Shown: one piece after another, positions 27,477-38,611 of the stretch | Position numbering within the stretch: position 1 is the stretch's first letter | Layout: every line of letters starts with the position of its first letter | Assembly: GCA_965214405.1 (NCBI GenBank) | Contig: OZ243956.1 | Location: forward strand, 1,504,001-1,568,000 | From: Trueperaceae bacterium | Lineage (GTDB): Bacteria > Deinococcota > Deinococci > Deinococcales > Trueperaceae | DNA length: 64,000 bases | Direction: 5' to 3' | The notes under the pieces: generated by a model | Databases searched by the model: none | Told to the model about the DNA's origin: nothing | What the model saw: only the letters and a program-made list of their open reading frames with translations | Translations under genes and position numbers: made by a program

Positions 27477-28943
27477 TTAGTACGCGCCTCTTCCAAACAG
27501 CACAGCCCAGGGCGTGCGCGCGATGAGGTAAAGGTCTAGCCAGAGCGACCAGTTGCGGATGTAGTAACTGTCGAGCCTTTCTTGCACCTCTAAGTCGCCC
27601 TCGCTGCGCGACGACACCTGCCACATCCCCGTCAAACCCGGCACCACCTGGCAGCGCAACGCGCGAAACTCTTCGCTGAAGGGCTCTAGGTGATAGTAAG
27701 GAAAAGGCCGCGGCCCGACGATACTCATGTCGCCTTTAAGGATGTTCCACACCTGCGGAAGCTCGTCTAGACTCGTTTTACGTAGCGCCGCGCCGACGCC
27801 CGGCAGGATGCGCGGGTCGTTCTTGAGCTTGTAAAAGCGTTCCCACTCGCTTCTCGCTTCTGGATGCGTCTGCAAGTGCGTTTCTAAGAGAGCGTCCGCG
27901 TTCGCGTGCATCGTCCTAAGTTTCCAGACCCTGATCTTTTTGCCGCCGTACCCCTCACGCTCCTGAGCGTAAAAAGGATTACCCGGACTCACCGCCCTAA
28001 TCCACAGCGCCGCCACGGCGACGATAGGAAGCGCGAGGAGCGCCAGGGGCAAGATGAGAAGCACATCCAGGCAGCGCTTTAACAGGCGGTTATGCGGCAA
28101 GAGCAGGTTCTGGCGCACCTGCAACCCGATCACGCCCGCCAAGTCTCTCACCGACAGCCCCAAACTCGGGAGACCGAAAAGGTCCGGCACGACGATGAGG
28201 TAGGGGAAAACGCCTGCGTAACGCTGCAAAAGGCGACCCAACGCCCCCGGCTCGACGCTCGGCATGGCGACCAGCAGGTGGCGGACGCCGAACGTTTTCG
28301 CCAGTTCGGGCGCCCTCGAGAGTGAATGAATCACCGGGACGCCGTGAACGCTGTCGCCCTTGCCGGTGTCGTCATCCAAACACGCCAGCACCTTGAACCC
28401 CAGCCCCGGATTGTCTAGGAGGCGGCCTATAAGCACGTTGCTGGTGTTACCCGCCCCAAAAACGAGGACGGGCAGCCCCCACCACGCCTGCTTAGAGAAG
28501 AGTTCGCGCGTGGCGGCGCGCCCCAAGGGCAGCAGCAGGAGCGACAAAAGCCATGACGAAAGAAAAATGCCGCGCGACTGCATTTCTAAATCTTCGGCCA
28601 AAAAGAGCACCACGATGGCACCCAGATAGACGGCGGTAGACACGACGGAAAGGCGCCTGAGCTCCTCCACCGGTCCTAAACCCACTCCCGGGTAGAGTCC
28701 CGCCAGGGCGTAACCCAGCGCGAACAGGCACAGCGTCGGCCACAGCCCGAAAAAGAGCGCGAGATTGACCTCGGGGTTGATAAGCACCCAGACTTGCGCG
28801 GCCACGCCTGCCGATATGAACAGCGCCAGAAGGTCGGTGATGAGCAGCGTGAGGGTGGTCAGCCGCGGTTTGGGAGAGGACGACACGCGCCGCAAGGATT
28901 CGTCGCGCGCCGAGGAACGAGCCGGATAGACACCAAGTTTCAT
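27477..28943 (-). CDS. Undecaprenyl-phosphate sugar-1-phosphate transferase (WbaP/WcaJ family)
   Basis: Four N-terminal TM segments, [44 protein letters not shown] and [11 protein letters not shown]. Confidence 0.93.
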   Translation of the reverse strand: MKLGVYPARSSARDESLRRVSSSPKPRLTTLTLLITDLLALFISAGVAAQVWVLINPEVNLALFFGLWPTLCLFALGYALAGLYPGVGLGPVEELRRLSVVSTAVYLGAIVVLFLAEDLEMQSRGIFLSSWLLSLLLLPLGRAATRELFSKQAWWGLPVLVFGAGNTSNVLIGRLLDNPGLGFKVLACLDDDTGKGDSVHGVPVIHSLSRAPELAKTFGVRHLLVAMPSVEPGALGRLLQRYAGVFPYLIVVPDLFGLPSLGLSVRDLAGVIGLQVRQNLLLPHNRLLKRCLDVLLILPLALLALPIVAVAALWIRAVSPGNPFYAQEREGYGGKKIRVWKLRTMHANADALLETHLQTHPEARSEWERFYKLKNDPRILPGVGAALRKTSLDELPQVWNILKGDMSIVGPRPFPYYHLEPFSEEFRALRCQVVPGLTGMWQVSSRSEGDLEVQERLDSYYIRNWSLWLDLYLIARTPWAVLFGRGAY

Positions 28944-29078
28944 GCGTCTCCTTTACGCGGCGCGGAGGCGCGCACCCCGAAGTTAGGGAGGTTGGCGAGA
29001 CAGCTCCACCACAGAACGTTCCGGCGCCCCTTTCGGTGCCGCGCAGGGTAGGTCATGCGGGTAACCTCTGCATCAGTC

Positions 29079-29942
29079 TCAACCGTACAGCACTTCGGCC
29101 TTGGGCGCCTCCGTATTGGTCACTTCAGGACGCCACAGCCCGAGCCACTGGAGCGTGAACAGCGTGACGAACTGCGTGTTAAGAATTAGGTAACGTTTCC
29201 ACAGGCGGCGCGGATCTTGGAGCAACCGGTAGAACCACTGGAGCCCCGAGCGCTGCATCCACGCGGGCGGTTCCTCGAGCAGCCCCGCGTGATAGTCAAA
29301 CGCGGCTCCCACGGCGATGACGGGCGTACGGAGCGCGTCTTTATATTCGTAAGCGAACACCTCTTGCCGCGGACACCCGAGCCCCACAAAGACGATTTGC
29401 GCGCCCGAGTCGCGGATGCGCTGGGCAATTTCATCCTTTTCCTGCGGGGTCGTCTGGCGGAACTTCGAGGGTTCGGAGCCAGCCACCTTGAAACCGGGGA
29501 AGCGCACCCCTAAGTTCTGCGTAAGCTTTTCCAACACCTCCGGGCGCGAGCCGTAAAAGTAGACGGGGACCCCCCGCGCCGCAGCCTCTTCGCACACTTT
29601 AAGCGTGAGCGTGGGGCCGTAGACGCGGTCGTCGAGTCCTGCGCCGTGGAGAAGGTTGAGACCCCAGCGCACGGGCTGGCCGTCCGAGGTCACCAGGTCA
29701 AACTCGTTGAGGCGGTGGCGGTGTTCGGCGTCCCCCACCCCCGTCATCACCCCGTGAACCGCCAAGGCCGTGACGGACAGACCGCGCCCCGCTTCGGCGG
29801 CGCTCATGATGCGCGCCACCGCCGCCTGGTAGGTGGTGGCGTCGATAAGCACACCCAAAAGGTTGAATTTACCCTCTTTTACACGGTTCTCTTTTACACG
29901 GTTTTCTTTCACTCTGTTCTCGTTCACTCTGTTCTCGTTCAC
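29079..29942 (-). CDS. WecB/TagA/CpsF family glycosyltransferase
   Basis: [29 protein letters not shown] and [20 protein letters not shown] motifs. GTG start overlaps the upstream stop. Confidence 0.92.
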   Translation of the reverse strand: MNENRVNENRVKENRVKENRVKEGKFNLLGVLIDATTYQAAVARIMSAAEAGRGLSVTALAVHGVMTGVGDAEHRHRLNEFDLVTSDGQPVRWGLNLLHGAGLDDRVYGPTLTLKVCEEAAARGVPVYFYGSRPEVLEKLTQNLGVRFPGFKVAGSEPSKFRQTTPQEKDEIAQRIRDSGAQIVFVGLGCPRQEVFAYEYKDALRTPVIAVGAAFDYHAGLLEEPPAWMQRSGLQWFYRLLQDPRRLWKRYLILNTQFVTLFTLQWLGLWRPEVTNTEAPKAEVLYG

Positions 29943-31006
29943 GCAGCCCACCGCTCGAGGTTGGCCTCGTAAATCTCTCTCAAAATGCGCTCGATGTTGT
30001 ACTGCTGGTCCCACTCGGGGTAGTGAGATTCAAATTTGCCGTTGTCGCCAATCCACCAGAGGTGGTCGCCCCGCCGGTTTTGTTCGGAATAAGACCAGTC
30101 GAGCTTCCGTCCGGCGATGGCCTCAGATTGTTGGATAGCCTCCAACACCGAGGCGTTGGAAAAGCGCCCCCCGCCGATGTTGTAGACTTCCGCCACCCGC
30201 GGCTTTTTGAAAACTTCATGAAAGGCGCGAATCAGGTCGTCGCTGTGAATTGCGTCTCGGACTTGCTTACCCTTGTAACCGAAAACCGTGTAGGGCGTGC
30301 CCGACATGGTGCAGCGCATCACGTAGGCCAAAAAGCCGTGGAGCTGCGTGGCGGAGTGCTGCGGCCCGGTCAGGGTGCCGCCGCGAAAGCACGAGGTGTA
30401 CATATCGAAGTAGCGCCCGTACTCCTGGACCATCACGTCCGCCGCGACTTTTGACGCGCCGAAGAGGCTGTGAAGACACGTGTCAATCGACATGTCCTCG
30501 CTGATGCCGTCTCTGTAGGGGTGCGACGGGTCTATCTCATAGCGCGTTTCCTGCTCGATAAGCGGCAGGCTGTTGGGCGTGTCGCCGTAGACCTTGTTGG
30601 TCGAGGTAAAGATGAAGACGGCCTTGGGCGCGTGCTGCCGGGCGGCCTCCAACATATTGAGCGTCCCCACCGCGTTGATGTCGAAATCGGTAAAAGGCTC
30701 GCGCGCGGCCCAGTCATGCGAGGGTTGGGCGGCGGTGTGAATAACGAGCGCCACATCCCGACCATAATCTTCGAAAAGTTTGGCAATGCCCTCACGGTCA
30801 CGAATATCCAGACTGCAGTGTTGATACCCCTTGCCGATGTCGCCTTTGAGCTTGTCCACGTTCCACGCTGTCGAGGCCTCGTCGCCAAAAAACACGCGGC
30901 GCATGTCGTTGTCGATGCCGACCACGTCTAAGCCCTGCTCGCTAAAGTAGCGGCACGCCGCCGAGCCGATGAGTCCCGCTGATCCCGTAATGATGGCTAC
31001 ACTCAT
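29939..31006 (-). CDS. NAD-dependent epimerase/dehydratase (CDP-paratose 2-epimerase-like)
   Basis: [38 protein letters not shown] and GYKGKQVRD motifs. Confidence 0.88.
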   Translation of the reverse strand: MSVAIITGSAGLIGSAACRYFSEQGLDVVGIDNDMRRVFFGDEASTAWNVDKLKGDIGKGYQHCSLDIRDREGIAKLFEDYGRDVALVIHTAAQPSHDWAAREPFTDFDINAVGTLNMLEAARQHAPKAVFIFTSTNKVYGDTPNSLPLIEQETRYEIDPSHPYRDGISEDMSIDTCLHSLFGASKVAADVMVQEYGRYFDMYTSCFRGGTLTGPQHSATQLHGFLAYVMRCTMSGTPYTVFGYKGKQVRDAIHSDDLIRAFHEVFKKPRVAEVYNIGGGRFSNASVLEAIQQSEAIAGRKLDWSYSEQNRRGDHLWWIGDNGKFESHYPEWDQQYNIERILREIYEANLERWAA

Positions 31007-31760
31007 AGTTCCTCTTTCATGGTCTTTTTATGGTTTTGATGTCGTCTGTCATGGTTGGTTAATCGTCGTTTGTCGTCTTGAGGCGTCGGCTCGAGTTCGC
31101 ATTCACTGGAGGTCATCCAGGTCATCCAGGTCATCCAAGGTCGTCGACCGTCGCCTCACCACAACCCTCGCCCGATGATAACCGTTTCCTATGCGCGTCA
31201 CGCCGCAACGTTCACATCAACCTTTCCGTCATCGGGTAGCAGCTTTACGGCTATGGCGACGCACGTCAAGACCGCTGTAGCAAAACTGCTCTATCAAAAC
31301 CGCCGACCGAGTAAAACCGAATAAAGCTGTGTGGGTCGGTTGGGACGAGCGCCTTTGTAACGTCCGGCGCGGCCTCATCGCCACCTTATTCTATGCCATA
31401 ACGCGGCGTGCGCTATGAGAGACTTAACGCTGACGCGAACCTCGCCCGGGAGGCGCGGACTTTAGAGACTTTTTGTGAAATTTTCCGCTCTCAGGTTGTT
31501 TTATCTCCCTTTCGTCTGTAGAGTTTCGTCTCTGGGGTAGTATGGTCGCGTGAGCATTCTTGCACAATGTCTACCGGGGGGCTGTGGTTAGCTCGAGCCC
31601 GACGAGAGGCGCACGCCCGTTATTTACATCATCCTATCCGGGGTGCTGTAGGGGTAAAAATCCTGGGGAGTGTGTTCACACTCGGGCGGCTGCAAGTAGA
31701 ATCGGGGGATTAGGCGTGTCAAAAAAGACGTCGGTAAAGATGTTAAGAAAGGATAATAAT

Positions 31761-32867
31761 ATGCAGAACTCTATCCGCGCAGTTTTCGTGTTAGTCGCTG
31801 TTTTGTTCACCGCCGGGTTCGCTCTGGCGCAAGGCGGCGCTGGCGAGGTCGTGAGCCTCACCTTGTTTAATGCCGATACCGATCAGCCTATCGGTGAACT
31901 CACCGACGGCATGACCCTCGACTTTAGCGCGTTAGGAACAGGAAACTTAAGCGTCGTGGCGATGACGAACCCCGCCCTAGTCGGGAGCGTGCGCTTTGCC
32001 CTCGACGACCAGGAAAACTATCAAACGGAAAGCAATGCTCCCTACGCCATCGCCGGGGATGAGCCCGGACCCGACTACAACCCCTGGACGCCGACTGTGG
32101 GTGAACACACTCTCACCGTCACGCCTTACAGCGAGTCGGGCGGAAGCGGCGAAGCGGGCACGGCGCTCACGGTTCGGTTCAATGTTGTTAACGCGTCTGA
32201 AGGCGCTGCAACAGAGGACGGTGCAACAGAGGACGGTGCAGCAGAAGACGGTGCAGCAGAAGACGGTGCAGCAGAAGACAGTGCAACAGCCGAGCAACCG
32301 GAGCCTGCCCCAACGCCCCCTGCCACACCAGAGCCCGCCACGCCAGAGCCCGCTACGCCAGAGCCCGCCACGCCGGAAGTTACGCCTACAGAAACGACAC
32401 CTGCCGAGACTACGCCCGCGGAAACCGCACCTGCCGAGACCACACCGGCAGAACCGGCTACCGACACGCAAAGCGCTACCCCCCAAACAGAACCGGCCCC
32501 AATCACAGTGACGCCGGAAGTACGCAGAACCCGCTACCAAGTTCTTCCGGTCGACGGGAGCGGCGTGCGAGGCTCCGTGCTCGTTTCCGATTACGGATTC
32601 GAGGGAGCCATCGTCGTCGTCTTGCTCAGCGGCACGCCGGTTGACGGGGTTCATCCCGCCCACTTCCACGCGGGTGACTGCGGCAGCGGCGGAGACATCG
32701 TGGTGCCCCTGGAAAATGTGAACGGCAGAAGCGGCCTCAGCGTCACGACCACGGACGCGCCTTATGACGACGTTGTCAACGGCAACTACTACCTGAATAT
32801 CCACCTTTCGCCTGACAACATAGGCACTATCGTCGCCTGTGGTGAGGTTGGGGCGAACGCGCAGTAG
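31761..32867 (+). CDS. Secreted protein: N-terminal beta domain, Pro/Thr/Glu repeat linker, C-terminal CHRD/Cu-Zn SOD-like domain
   Basis: Signal peptide ending ALA-Q; ATEDG, PATPE and PAETT repeats; HPAHFHAGDCG...YLNIH...VACG. Confidence 0.75.
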   Translation: MQNSIRAVFVLVAVLFTAGFALAQGGAGEVVSLTLFNADTDQPIGELTDGMTLDFSALGTGNLSVVAMTNPALVGSVRFALDDQENYQTESNAPYAIAGDEPGPDYNPWTPTVGEHTLTVTPYSESGGSGEAGTALTVRFNVVNASEGAATEDGATEDGAAEDGAAEDGAAEDSATAEQPEPAPTPPATPEPATPEPATPEPATPEVTPTETTPAETTPAETAPAETTPAEPATDTQSATPQTEPAPITVTPEVRRTRYQVLPVDGSGVRGSVLVSDYGFEGAIVVVLLSGTPVDGVHPAHFHAGDCGSGGDIVVPLENVNGRSGLSVTTTDAPYDDVVNGNYYLNIHLSPDNIGTIVACGEVGANAQ

Positions 32868-32916
32868 CGTCAAGATCAAGGGGTAACCTTGAAGCGTGGC
32901 AGCGCGCACCGTTCCT

Positions 32917-32957
32917 AAGAAAAGTGGGTCCACCAGCCGAGTGGACCCGCTTTTCTT
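32917..32957. terminator. Bidirectional intrinsic terminator
   Basis: AAGAAAAGTGGGTCCAC-loop-GTGGACCCGCTTTTCTT. Confidence 0.85.
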
Positions 32958-33216
32958 ACCTTTACTGTCTGATACTGTCTAAATTTGTCGCTCCGCGCAA
33001 CTTCGTACTCTCAGACCTTCGTTCTCTCAAACCAGAGTGTTACCTGCTATCACATGAGTGACAAGCTAGGTTCTGTTGACTTTTCAGATCTTTCGCCGCG
33101 AGTTTTATCGTGCTGTTTATCGTGCTGCGCGCGAGAAGTAAGAAGTAGAAAGGGTGCGGAGCATGGAGACTACTCGAGGTTAAGCAATCTTCTCAAAGGG
33201 CAAAGATCAATACAAA

Positions 33217-33918
33217 CTAATCAAACACAACGCGGGAGACGCCGCCGGTTCCGCTCCAGACGCTTACCTCTCGGCCCAGGAGGTCGGAGGCCGCGCGGCT
33301 CGAGCGCTCATCTCTGGCTTCATCCTCCGCGCTTTGCACCAGCGCGGGGCGAGCGGCGAGCGCGACGCCGCTCACCTCAAGCCGCGTCATGAGCGTGTCG
33401 AACGACCAGTCGTCGGACCAGAGCGTTTTGAGCGCCAGCAGCGCGGGGCGACCCCTCGAGGCCTTATAGCCCGGAAGCCGCGCCTGATCCCCTTCTTGAG
33501 GACGACGCAGACGCACGCGCCCCGGCAGGCCTGCCAAACCCTCGTAAAAGAGGTCGACGAACTCGTCCAAAAGGTAGTGCGTCATCAGGAGCCGCTGCGC
33601 CTCCGGGGCGAGTTCCTCGATGTCGTCTTCGTCGGGGTCGCCCGGGTCCACCTCCGCGAAGAGCGCGTTGAGCCTTGTTGGCAGGTTGTTGAGCCGGTAG
33701 AAGCTCTCCTCGGCGGCGGCGGGCACGATGCGTAGCGGGGCCACCTTCAGCCCGGCTTCTTGCAACGCGTAGAGCGCCGCCACCTCGCCAGCGCCCGCGT
33801 CTCCCCTATTGCCACCCTCGTTGTTACCGTGAAGGGGCTCGAGTCTTCCTTCACGACCGGCGGCCTGGAGTTCACGGAGTCGGAGGTCCGGGTTAGGCAG
33901 ACTCATAGGGGGCCTCAT
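33217..33918 (-). CDS. Hypothetical protein (weak resemblance to the N-terminal part of PEP synthase-like proteins)
   Basis: Acidic, protein-like composition (EESFYRLNNLP...DEDDIEEL...HYLLDEFVDLFY); -10 box TATGAT upstream. Confidence 0.6.
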   Translation of the reverse strand: MRPPMSLPNPDLRLRELQAAGREGRLEPLHGNNEGGNRGDAGAGEVAALYALQEAGLKVAPLRIVPAAAEESFYRLNNLPTRLNALFAEVDPGDPDEDDIEELAPEAQRLLMTHYLLDEFVDLFYEGLAGLPGRVRLRRPQEGDQARLPGYKASRGRPALLALKTLWSDDWSFDTLMTRLEVSGVALAARPALVQSAEDEARDERSSRAASDLLGREVSVWSGTGGVSRVVFD

Positions 33919-34246
33919 GAGCTGGCATCATAAACCATGACGACCCGGTGCTTTCGCCCGCCACTTTAGGTTTGCCCCGCATTTTGTGCCTTGTACTTAG
34001 TTCTTACGGTCACCTCTGCCCCCTACCCCGCCATTCTAACACCGTCCACCGTTGCGCTCCACCGTTGCGCTTCGGGGGGCAAGAACGGTACGATGGGTCA
34101 AGAGGGGCTTCACCGTGAGATTCGAGTCCTGCGAGATTCTTGAGCGACATGTAAAGAATCTTGCACCGTGACAAAGGAGTAGTCTCGATAATGAAGCACA
34201 CGCCACAACCGCCCCCCGCTCGAGCCGAGCGCGCAGAAGGACTTCT

Positions 34247-34900
34247 ATGACAAACCTCACAGCCGCCGATGTGACCGTTTGGGCGCTTCCTCTTCTCGTT
34301 GCCGCGGCCCTGGCGCTCACCGTTACACTCGCCGTGCGGCTGCGGCGTCGGGGGCGCGTGAGGGGCGTGAACGCGCGGGCGCGCCTGCTCGCGCGCGCCT
34401 CTCTCTTCGGCGCGCTCCGCCGTTTGCTGGGTGAAACGTACGTGGTGCTCAGCCGGGACGATATAGAGGACACAGAAGCTGACCCGGGAACCGGTTCAGA
34501 GGTTAAAGGCACGGTAACCACGCTTCAAAAGCTTCACCTTGACGCCGCGGCGTTCACACACGCGGCCGACGGGGTTGACTGCTTTCTCATCCGCAAGCGC
34601 GACCTCGCCCCCGTCTGCGCGGTGGCGCTTGGAGACGCACCTAAAACGCCTCTGAACATGCCCCCAAGCGTGCCTCCGAGTATGCCCGTGGTGACGCTTC
34701 CCTTAAAACGCGCCTACGCGCTGCAAGACGTTGACGCGGCGCTCTCTCCCGTCCTCGACGCGCCACCACCCGTCACGCCTGAGTCAGAGCCTCCCAACCC
34801 GGAAGCCGAGGGTGACGCAGGTAACGCAGGGATCACCCCCTCGGCGCACACACCCCAACGAGACGCGCCGCGGCTGCACGGCGCGCTCCCGACGAGCTAG
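34247..34900 (+). CDS. Membrane-anchored hypothetical protein, degenerate DUF2726-like
   Basis: N-terminal TM. LFGALRRLLGETYVVL and VDCFLIRKRDLAPVCAVAL echo DUF2726 but lack the acidic catalytic-like ELD. Pro-rich tail. Confidence 0.5.
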   Translation: MTNLTAADVTVWALPLLVAAALALTVTLAVRLRRRGRVRGVNARARLLARASLFGALRRLLGETYVVLSRDDIEDTEADPGTGSEVKGTVTTLQKLHLDAAAFTHAADGVDCFLIRKRDLAPVCAVALGDAPKTPLNMPPSVPPSMPVVTLPLKRAYALQDVDAALSPVLDAPPPVTPESEPPNPEAEGDAGNAGITPSAHTPQRDAPRLHGALPTS

Positions 34901-34911
34901 GGGGCGTTTAC

Positions 34912-36045
34912 ATGGGAAGATGGGGAAGCATTCTCGCCAATCTGGGCTATCAGGTCGAGAGGCAAGTGGACGGCACCAAACACCGCTTTTGGGGACGCTA
35001 CGGCCGCGACGCGCTTCTGATCGCGCCGTACCTCACCTACGGTGCGAAAGACAAGCTTCTTATTAAAGGTCGCGTGCTCGAGGACGAACGCTTAACCCCC
35101 GCGGGCGAAGGCGACACGGCGTGGGACAACCTGCGCAACACCTGGAAACGCTTCGAGAGCGACGAAATCCGCGGCGCACGGGTACGCGTAACGTTTGGAG
35201 AGGCGGTCACCGAGGCCGTCACGGACGAGGAGGGCTTCTTCGAGCTGTGGCTGCCTGTGTCTTTGCCCGAAGCGCACGATTATCTGCAAGAGGTCGCGTT
35301 GGAGCTGCTCGAGCCCCTGCGCCCCAGCCAAACCGAGGTCCACTTTCAGACGGAAGTCGTCGTACCACCCCCGAACGCCCGCTTCGGCGTCATCAGCGAC
35401 GTGGACGATACCGTGCTGCAAACCGGGGCGACCGACCTTTTGAGCGCCGCCAAAAAAACGTTCTTGGGCAACGCCAGGACGCGCCTCCCCTTCGAGGGCG
35501 TGGCAGGCTTTTACAAGGCGCTTCACCAAGGTACTGACGGAAACACCAATCCGCTTTTTTATGTGTCTTCCTCCCCCTGGAACCTCTACGACGTGCTGGT
35601 CGAGTTTTTCGAACTCAACGACATCCCCCTGGGTCCGCTCATGCTCCGCGACTGGGGCCTCACCCCGGACGAACTCCTGCCGACCTCGCACGGGGCGCAC
35701 AAGCTGGGGGCAATTCAAAAGATTCTTTCGACCTACCCCCAGCTCCCCTTTATTTTGATTGGCGACAGCGGCCAGGAGGACCCGGAAATTTACCACGAGA
35801 TTGTCCACACCCACCCCGACCGCATCTTAGGGATTTACATCCGCGACGTGAGCGAAGAAGCCGGGCGCAAGGAGGCGGTTCAGGCGCTCGCGGAGGAGGT
35901 AAAGCGCGATAACGCCGAACTGGTGCTCGTCCCCGACACCGTCTCGGCGGCGCGGCACGCGGCGGCGCGGGGTTGGATTGCGGGAGACGCCGTCCCGCAA
36001 GTGCAGGCGGCCAAGGTGGAGGACGAACAGGCGGAGCCGCAGTAG
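34912..36045 (+). CDS. App1 family phosphatidate phosphatase (DUF2183)
   Basis: GVISDVDDT, FYVSSSPWNLY, GPLMLRDWG and LIGDSGQEDPEIY motifs. Confidence 0.9.
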   Translation: MGRWGSILANLGYQVERQVDGTKHRFWGRYGRDALLIAPYLTYGAKDKLLIKGRVLEDERLTPAGEGDTAWDNLRNTWKRFESDEIRGARVRVTFGEAVTEAVTDEEGFFELWLPVSLPEAHDYLQEVALELLEPLRPSQTEVHFQTEVVVPPPNARFGVISDVDDTVLQTGATDLLSAAKKTFLGNARTRLPFEGVAGFYKALHQGTDGNTNPLFYVSSSPWNLYDVLVEFFELNDIPLGPLMLRDWGLTPDELLPTSHGAHKLGAIQKILSTYPQLPFILIGDSGQEDPEIYHEIVHTHPDRILGIYIRDVSEEAGRKEAVQALAEEVKRDNAELVLVPDTVSAARHAAARGWIAGDAVPQVQAAKVEDEQAEPQ

Positions 36046-36123
36046 CGTTTGCGTTTCTCTCTATTTCGCGGCGTCTTGTGGCGGGCTTACCGAGACGGTC
36101 GAGGTAGGCGGATATAGTGAAGC

Positions 36124-37134
36124 ATGATTGAGACGCTTTATCTCGCCAAACCTCGAGGCTTCTGCGCGGGCGTGGTGATGGCTATTGAGGCAGTCGAGCG
36201 CGCCGCCGCCGAAAGTAGAAGGACGGGCGAGGGTGACTTGACCGTTTACCACGCCATCGTCCATAACGATACGGTGGTGGGAAGGCTTAGGGAGAACTAC
36301 GGCGTCCACTTTGTCGAGGATTTGGGGGAGTTGGCGGGGCTCGAGGCGACGGGTGAACGCGCGCTCACCGACACGGTGGTTTTCTCCGCCCACGGCGTGT
36401 CCCCGGCGGTGCGTCAGGAGGCCGCCAGACGGGGCCTCGCCACCATCGACGCCACCTGTCCGCTCGTCACCAAGGTGCATTCCGAGGCCAAACGCTACGC
36501 CCGCGAGGGTTACCACATCCTGCTCATCGGTGACTCGACAAAGCATCAGGAGGTGATTGGCACGAAGGGCGAAGCGCCCGAGCATACGACCGTCGTGAGC
36601 GTCGTCGGCAACCGCAAGCACGACCCCGCGTTGGCCGACCCCCGCACCGTCAGCGTGCCCGACCCGGATAAAGTGGTGGTGCTCACCCAAACGACCCTCT
36701 CCGTGGACGACGTGGAAAAAACCATCGAGGTTCTGAAAACCCGCTTTCCAGAGCTCGTCATCCCGCCCTCCGACGACCTCTGCTACGCCACCAAAAACCG
36801 TCAGGACGCGGTGCGGGGTATTGCACCCCAGGTGGACCTCTTTTTGGTCGTCACCAGCGACTACTCTTCTAACGGGATGCGCCTCTTGGAACTCGCGGAC
36901 GACCTCATGGGCAACGCCAAACGCGTTGAAAGTGTGGCGGACATCGAGGAAGGGTGGTTGGAGGACGTTCGCGCCGTCGGCGTCACCTCGGCGGCCTCGA
37001 CGCCGGACGATTTGGTGGGGGACATCGTGGCGTTTTTTAGAACCAAAAACGCGGGACTTAACGTCGTTGAAGAGGGTGAGTGGGAGAATATTACGTTTAG
37101 ACAGCCGAAGCGCGTGCCCGCGCCGGTTGGTTAA
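36124..37134 (+). CDS. ispH: 4-hydroxy-3-methylbut-2-enyl diphosphate reductase
   Basis: [31 protein letters not shown] and CYATKNRQ motifs. Confidence 0.96.
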   Translation: MIETLYLAKPRGFCAGVVMAIEAVERAAAESRRTGEGDLTVYHAIVHNDTVVGRLRENYGVHFVEDLGELAGLEATGERALTDTVVFSAHGVSPAVRQEAARRGLATIDATCPLVTKVHSEAKRYAREGYHILLIGDSTKHQEVIGTKGEAPEHTTVVSVVGNRKHDPALADPRTVSVPDPDKVVVLTQTTLSVDDVEKTIEVLKTRFPELVIPPSDDLCYATKNRQDAVRGIAPQVDLFLVVTSDYSSNGMRLLELADDLMGNAKRVESVADIEEGWLEDVRAVGVTSAASTPDDLVGDIVAFFRTKNAGLNVVEEGEWENITFRQPKRVPAPVG

Positions 37135-37220
37135 GCAGCCAAAACCGAAAGCTGCTCAACAGAGGTATCCAAGAAAAGACGGTTAGACTGCCCTGGATAA
37201 GGTTTGGATAAGGGGGCAGA

Positions 37221-37682
37221 ATGACAAGCGTAGCGGCGCGTACCGACCGGCGTAGGATCTTATGGACGGGTGTTTTCTTGGGTGTGGGCGTGGTCGGCAC
37301 GCTCGACGAGGTTGTATTTCATCAGCTTCTCCAGTGGCACTTTTTTTACGTTCACACGGACTCTTTTTGGCGCACCTTTAGCGACGGGGTGTTTCACATC
37401 TTTACAAGTGCCGCGCTCTTGATTGGGGCCTTGAGATTGTGGCGAGACCGGGGCCGCCTCAGCCACACTCGAGCCTCCGCCCTCACCTTTGGCGCGGGGC
37501 TCTTTTTCGGCGGGGGCGGCTTCAACCTCTTCGACGGCACCGTAGACCACAAGATTTTACGCATCCACCCGGTCCGTTTGGGGGTCGACAACCCGCTACC
37601 CTACGACCTCGCCTGGAACGGGGTGTCCGTCGCGCTGCTCCTGGTGGGCTGGTGGCTGTGGCGGCGTTCACGTCGCGTGTGA
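37221..37682 (+). CDS. DUF2243 family membrane protein
   Basis: DEVVFHQLLQWH, SDGVFH and FNLFDGTVDHKILRIH motifs. Confidence 0.85.
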   Translation: MTSVAARTDRRRILWTGVFLGVGVVGTLDEVVFHQLLQWHFFYVHTDSFWRTFSDGVFHIFTSAALLIGALRLWRDRGRLSHTRASALTFGAGLFFGGGGFNLFDGTVDHKILRIHPVRLGVDNPLPYDLAWNGVSVALLLVGWWLWRRSRRV

Positions 37683-37699
37683 AAGGCCCTCGAGCCCCG

Positions 37700-38611
37700 C
37701 TACGACGAGATAACGCTGGAAAAAGCCAGCCCGCGACTCGCCACCGCCGCCGCGCCTATCACGCCCGCGTCCGTCCCCAATTTTGCCAACCGCAGCTTGA
37801 CGGGCGGATACCCGACGCTGAATATATCCGCCGCCGCCTGAATTTTGTCCATATAAAAACTCCCCGCTTGGCTCATCCCGCCGCCAATCACGAAGCCGTC
37901 GGGGTCAAAGGCTTTTTGTAAGTTGGCGAGGCCGACGCCCGTATAGCGCGCCGCGTTGTCGATGATCTTGAGCGCGCGGCGCTCGCCCGCCTCGGCCCGC
38001 GCGAACACCTCCTCGGTGCGCATGGGCGCGTTGTAGGCGTAAGAGCCGTCACGGGCGATGGCGCGGCCCGCGGCGACCGCCTCCCAGCAGCCGTAGTGAC
38101 CGCAGCCGCACAGGGGGCCGTCGGCCTGGAGGGTCATGTGACCGACCTCGCCCGCAATCCCGTTTGCGCCGTGCAAAACGCGGTCGTCCAAAAAGATGCC
38201 GCCGCCGATACCCGTCGAGATGGTCACGTAAATGCTCGAGTCCAAATCCACAGCCGCGCCGTAAAGGTGCTCGGCGTAGCCCGCGGCGTTGGCGTCGTTC
38301 TCTAAGACAACCTCGAGCCCCAGCATCTCCCTAAGCCCCGCCGTGATGCTGATGTTTTCCATGCCCGGAATGTTGGGCGCGAACAGAACTTTGCCCGCTT
38401 TGAGGTCGATGGGGCCGGGCGAGCCGACACCGACGCGCGTCACCTCTGGATACTTGTCAAGCAGCGCCCGCGCCATCTCTGCGAGCGCATAAATCACGCT
38501 GTCGCCGCCCGTTCGCGGCGTTTTTTGGCGGTGCTGGAGGAGAATCTTACCGTCTTCGACCACCGCGCCCGCGATTTTCGTGCCGCCCAAATCGAGCCCG
38601 ATGGTTTTCAT
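37700..38611 (-). CDS. ROK family sugar kinase (glucokinase-like)
   Basis: IGLDLGGTKI, LENDANAAGYAE, STGIGGG and GEVGH...CGCGHYGCWE motifs; no HTH. Confidence 0.9.
   Translation of the reverse strand: MKTIGLDLGGTKIAGAVVEDGKILLQHRQKTPRTGGDSVIYALAEMARALLDKYPEVTRVGVGSPGPIDLKAGKVLFAPNIPGMENISITAGLREMLGLEVVLENDANAAGYAEHLYGAAVDLDSSIYVTISTGIGGGIFLDDRVLHGANGIAGEVGHMTLQADGPLCGCGHYGCWEAVAAGRAIARDGSYAYNAPMRTEEVFARAEAGERRALKIIDNAARYTGVGLANLQKAFDPDGFVIGGGMSQAGSFYMDKIQAAADIFSVGYPPVKLRLAKLGTDAGVIGAAAVASRGLAFSSVISS

Noticed and set aside
32200..32460. Repeat array considered as a possible CRISPR
   Set aside because: The units are 15 bp, in frame, lack spacers and encode a Pro/Thr/Glu linker. No cas genes are present.
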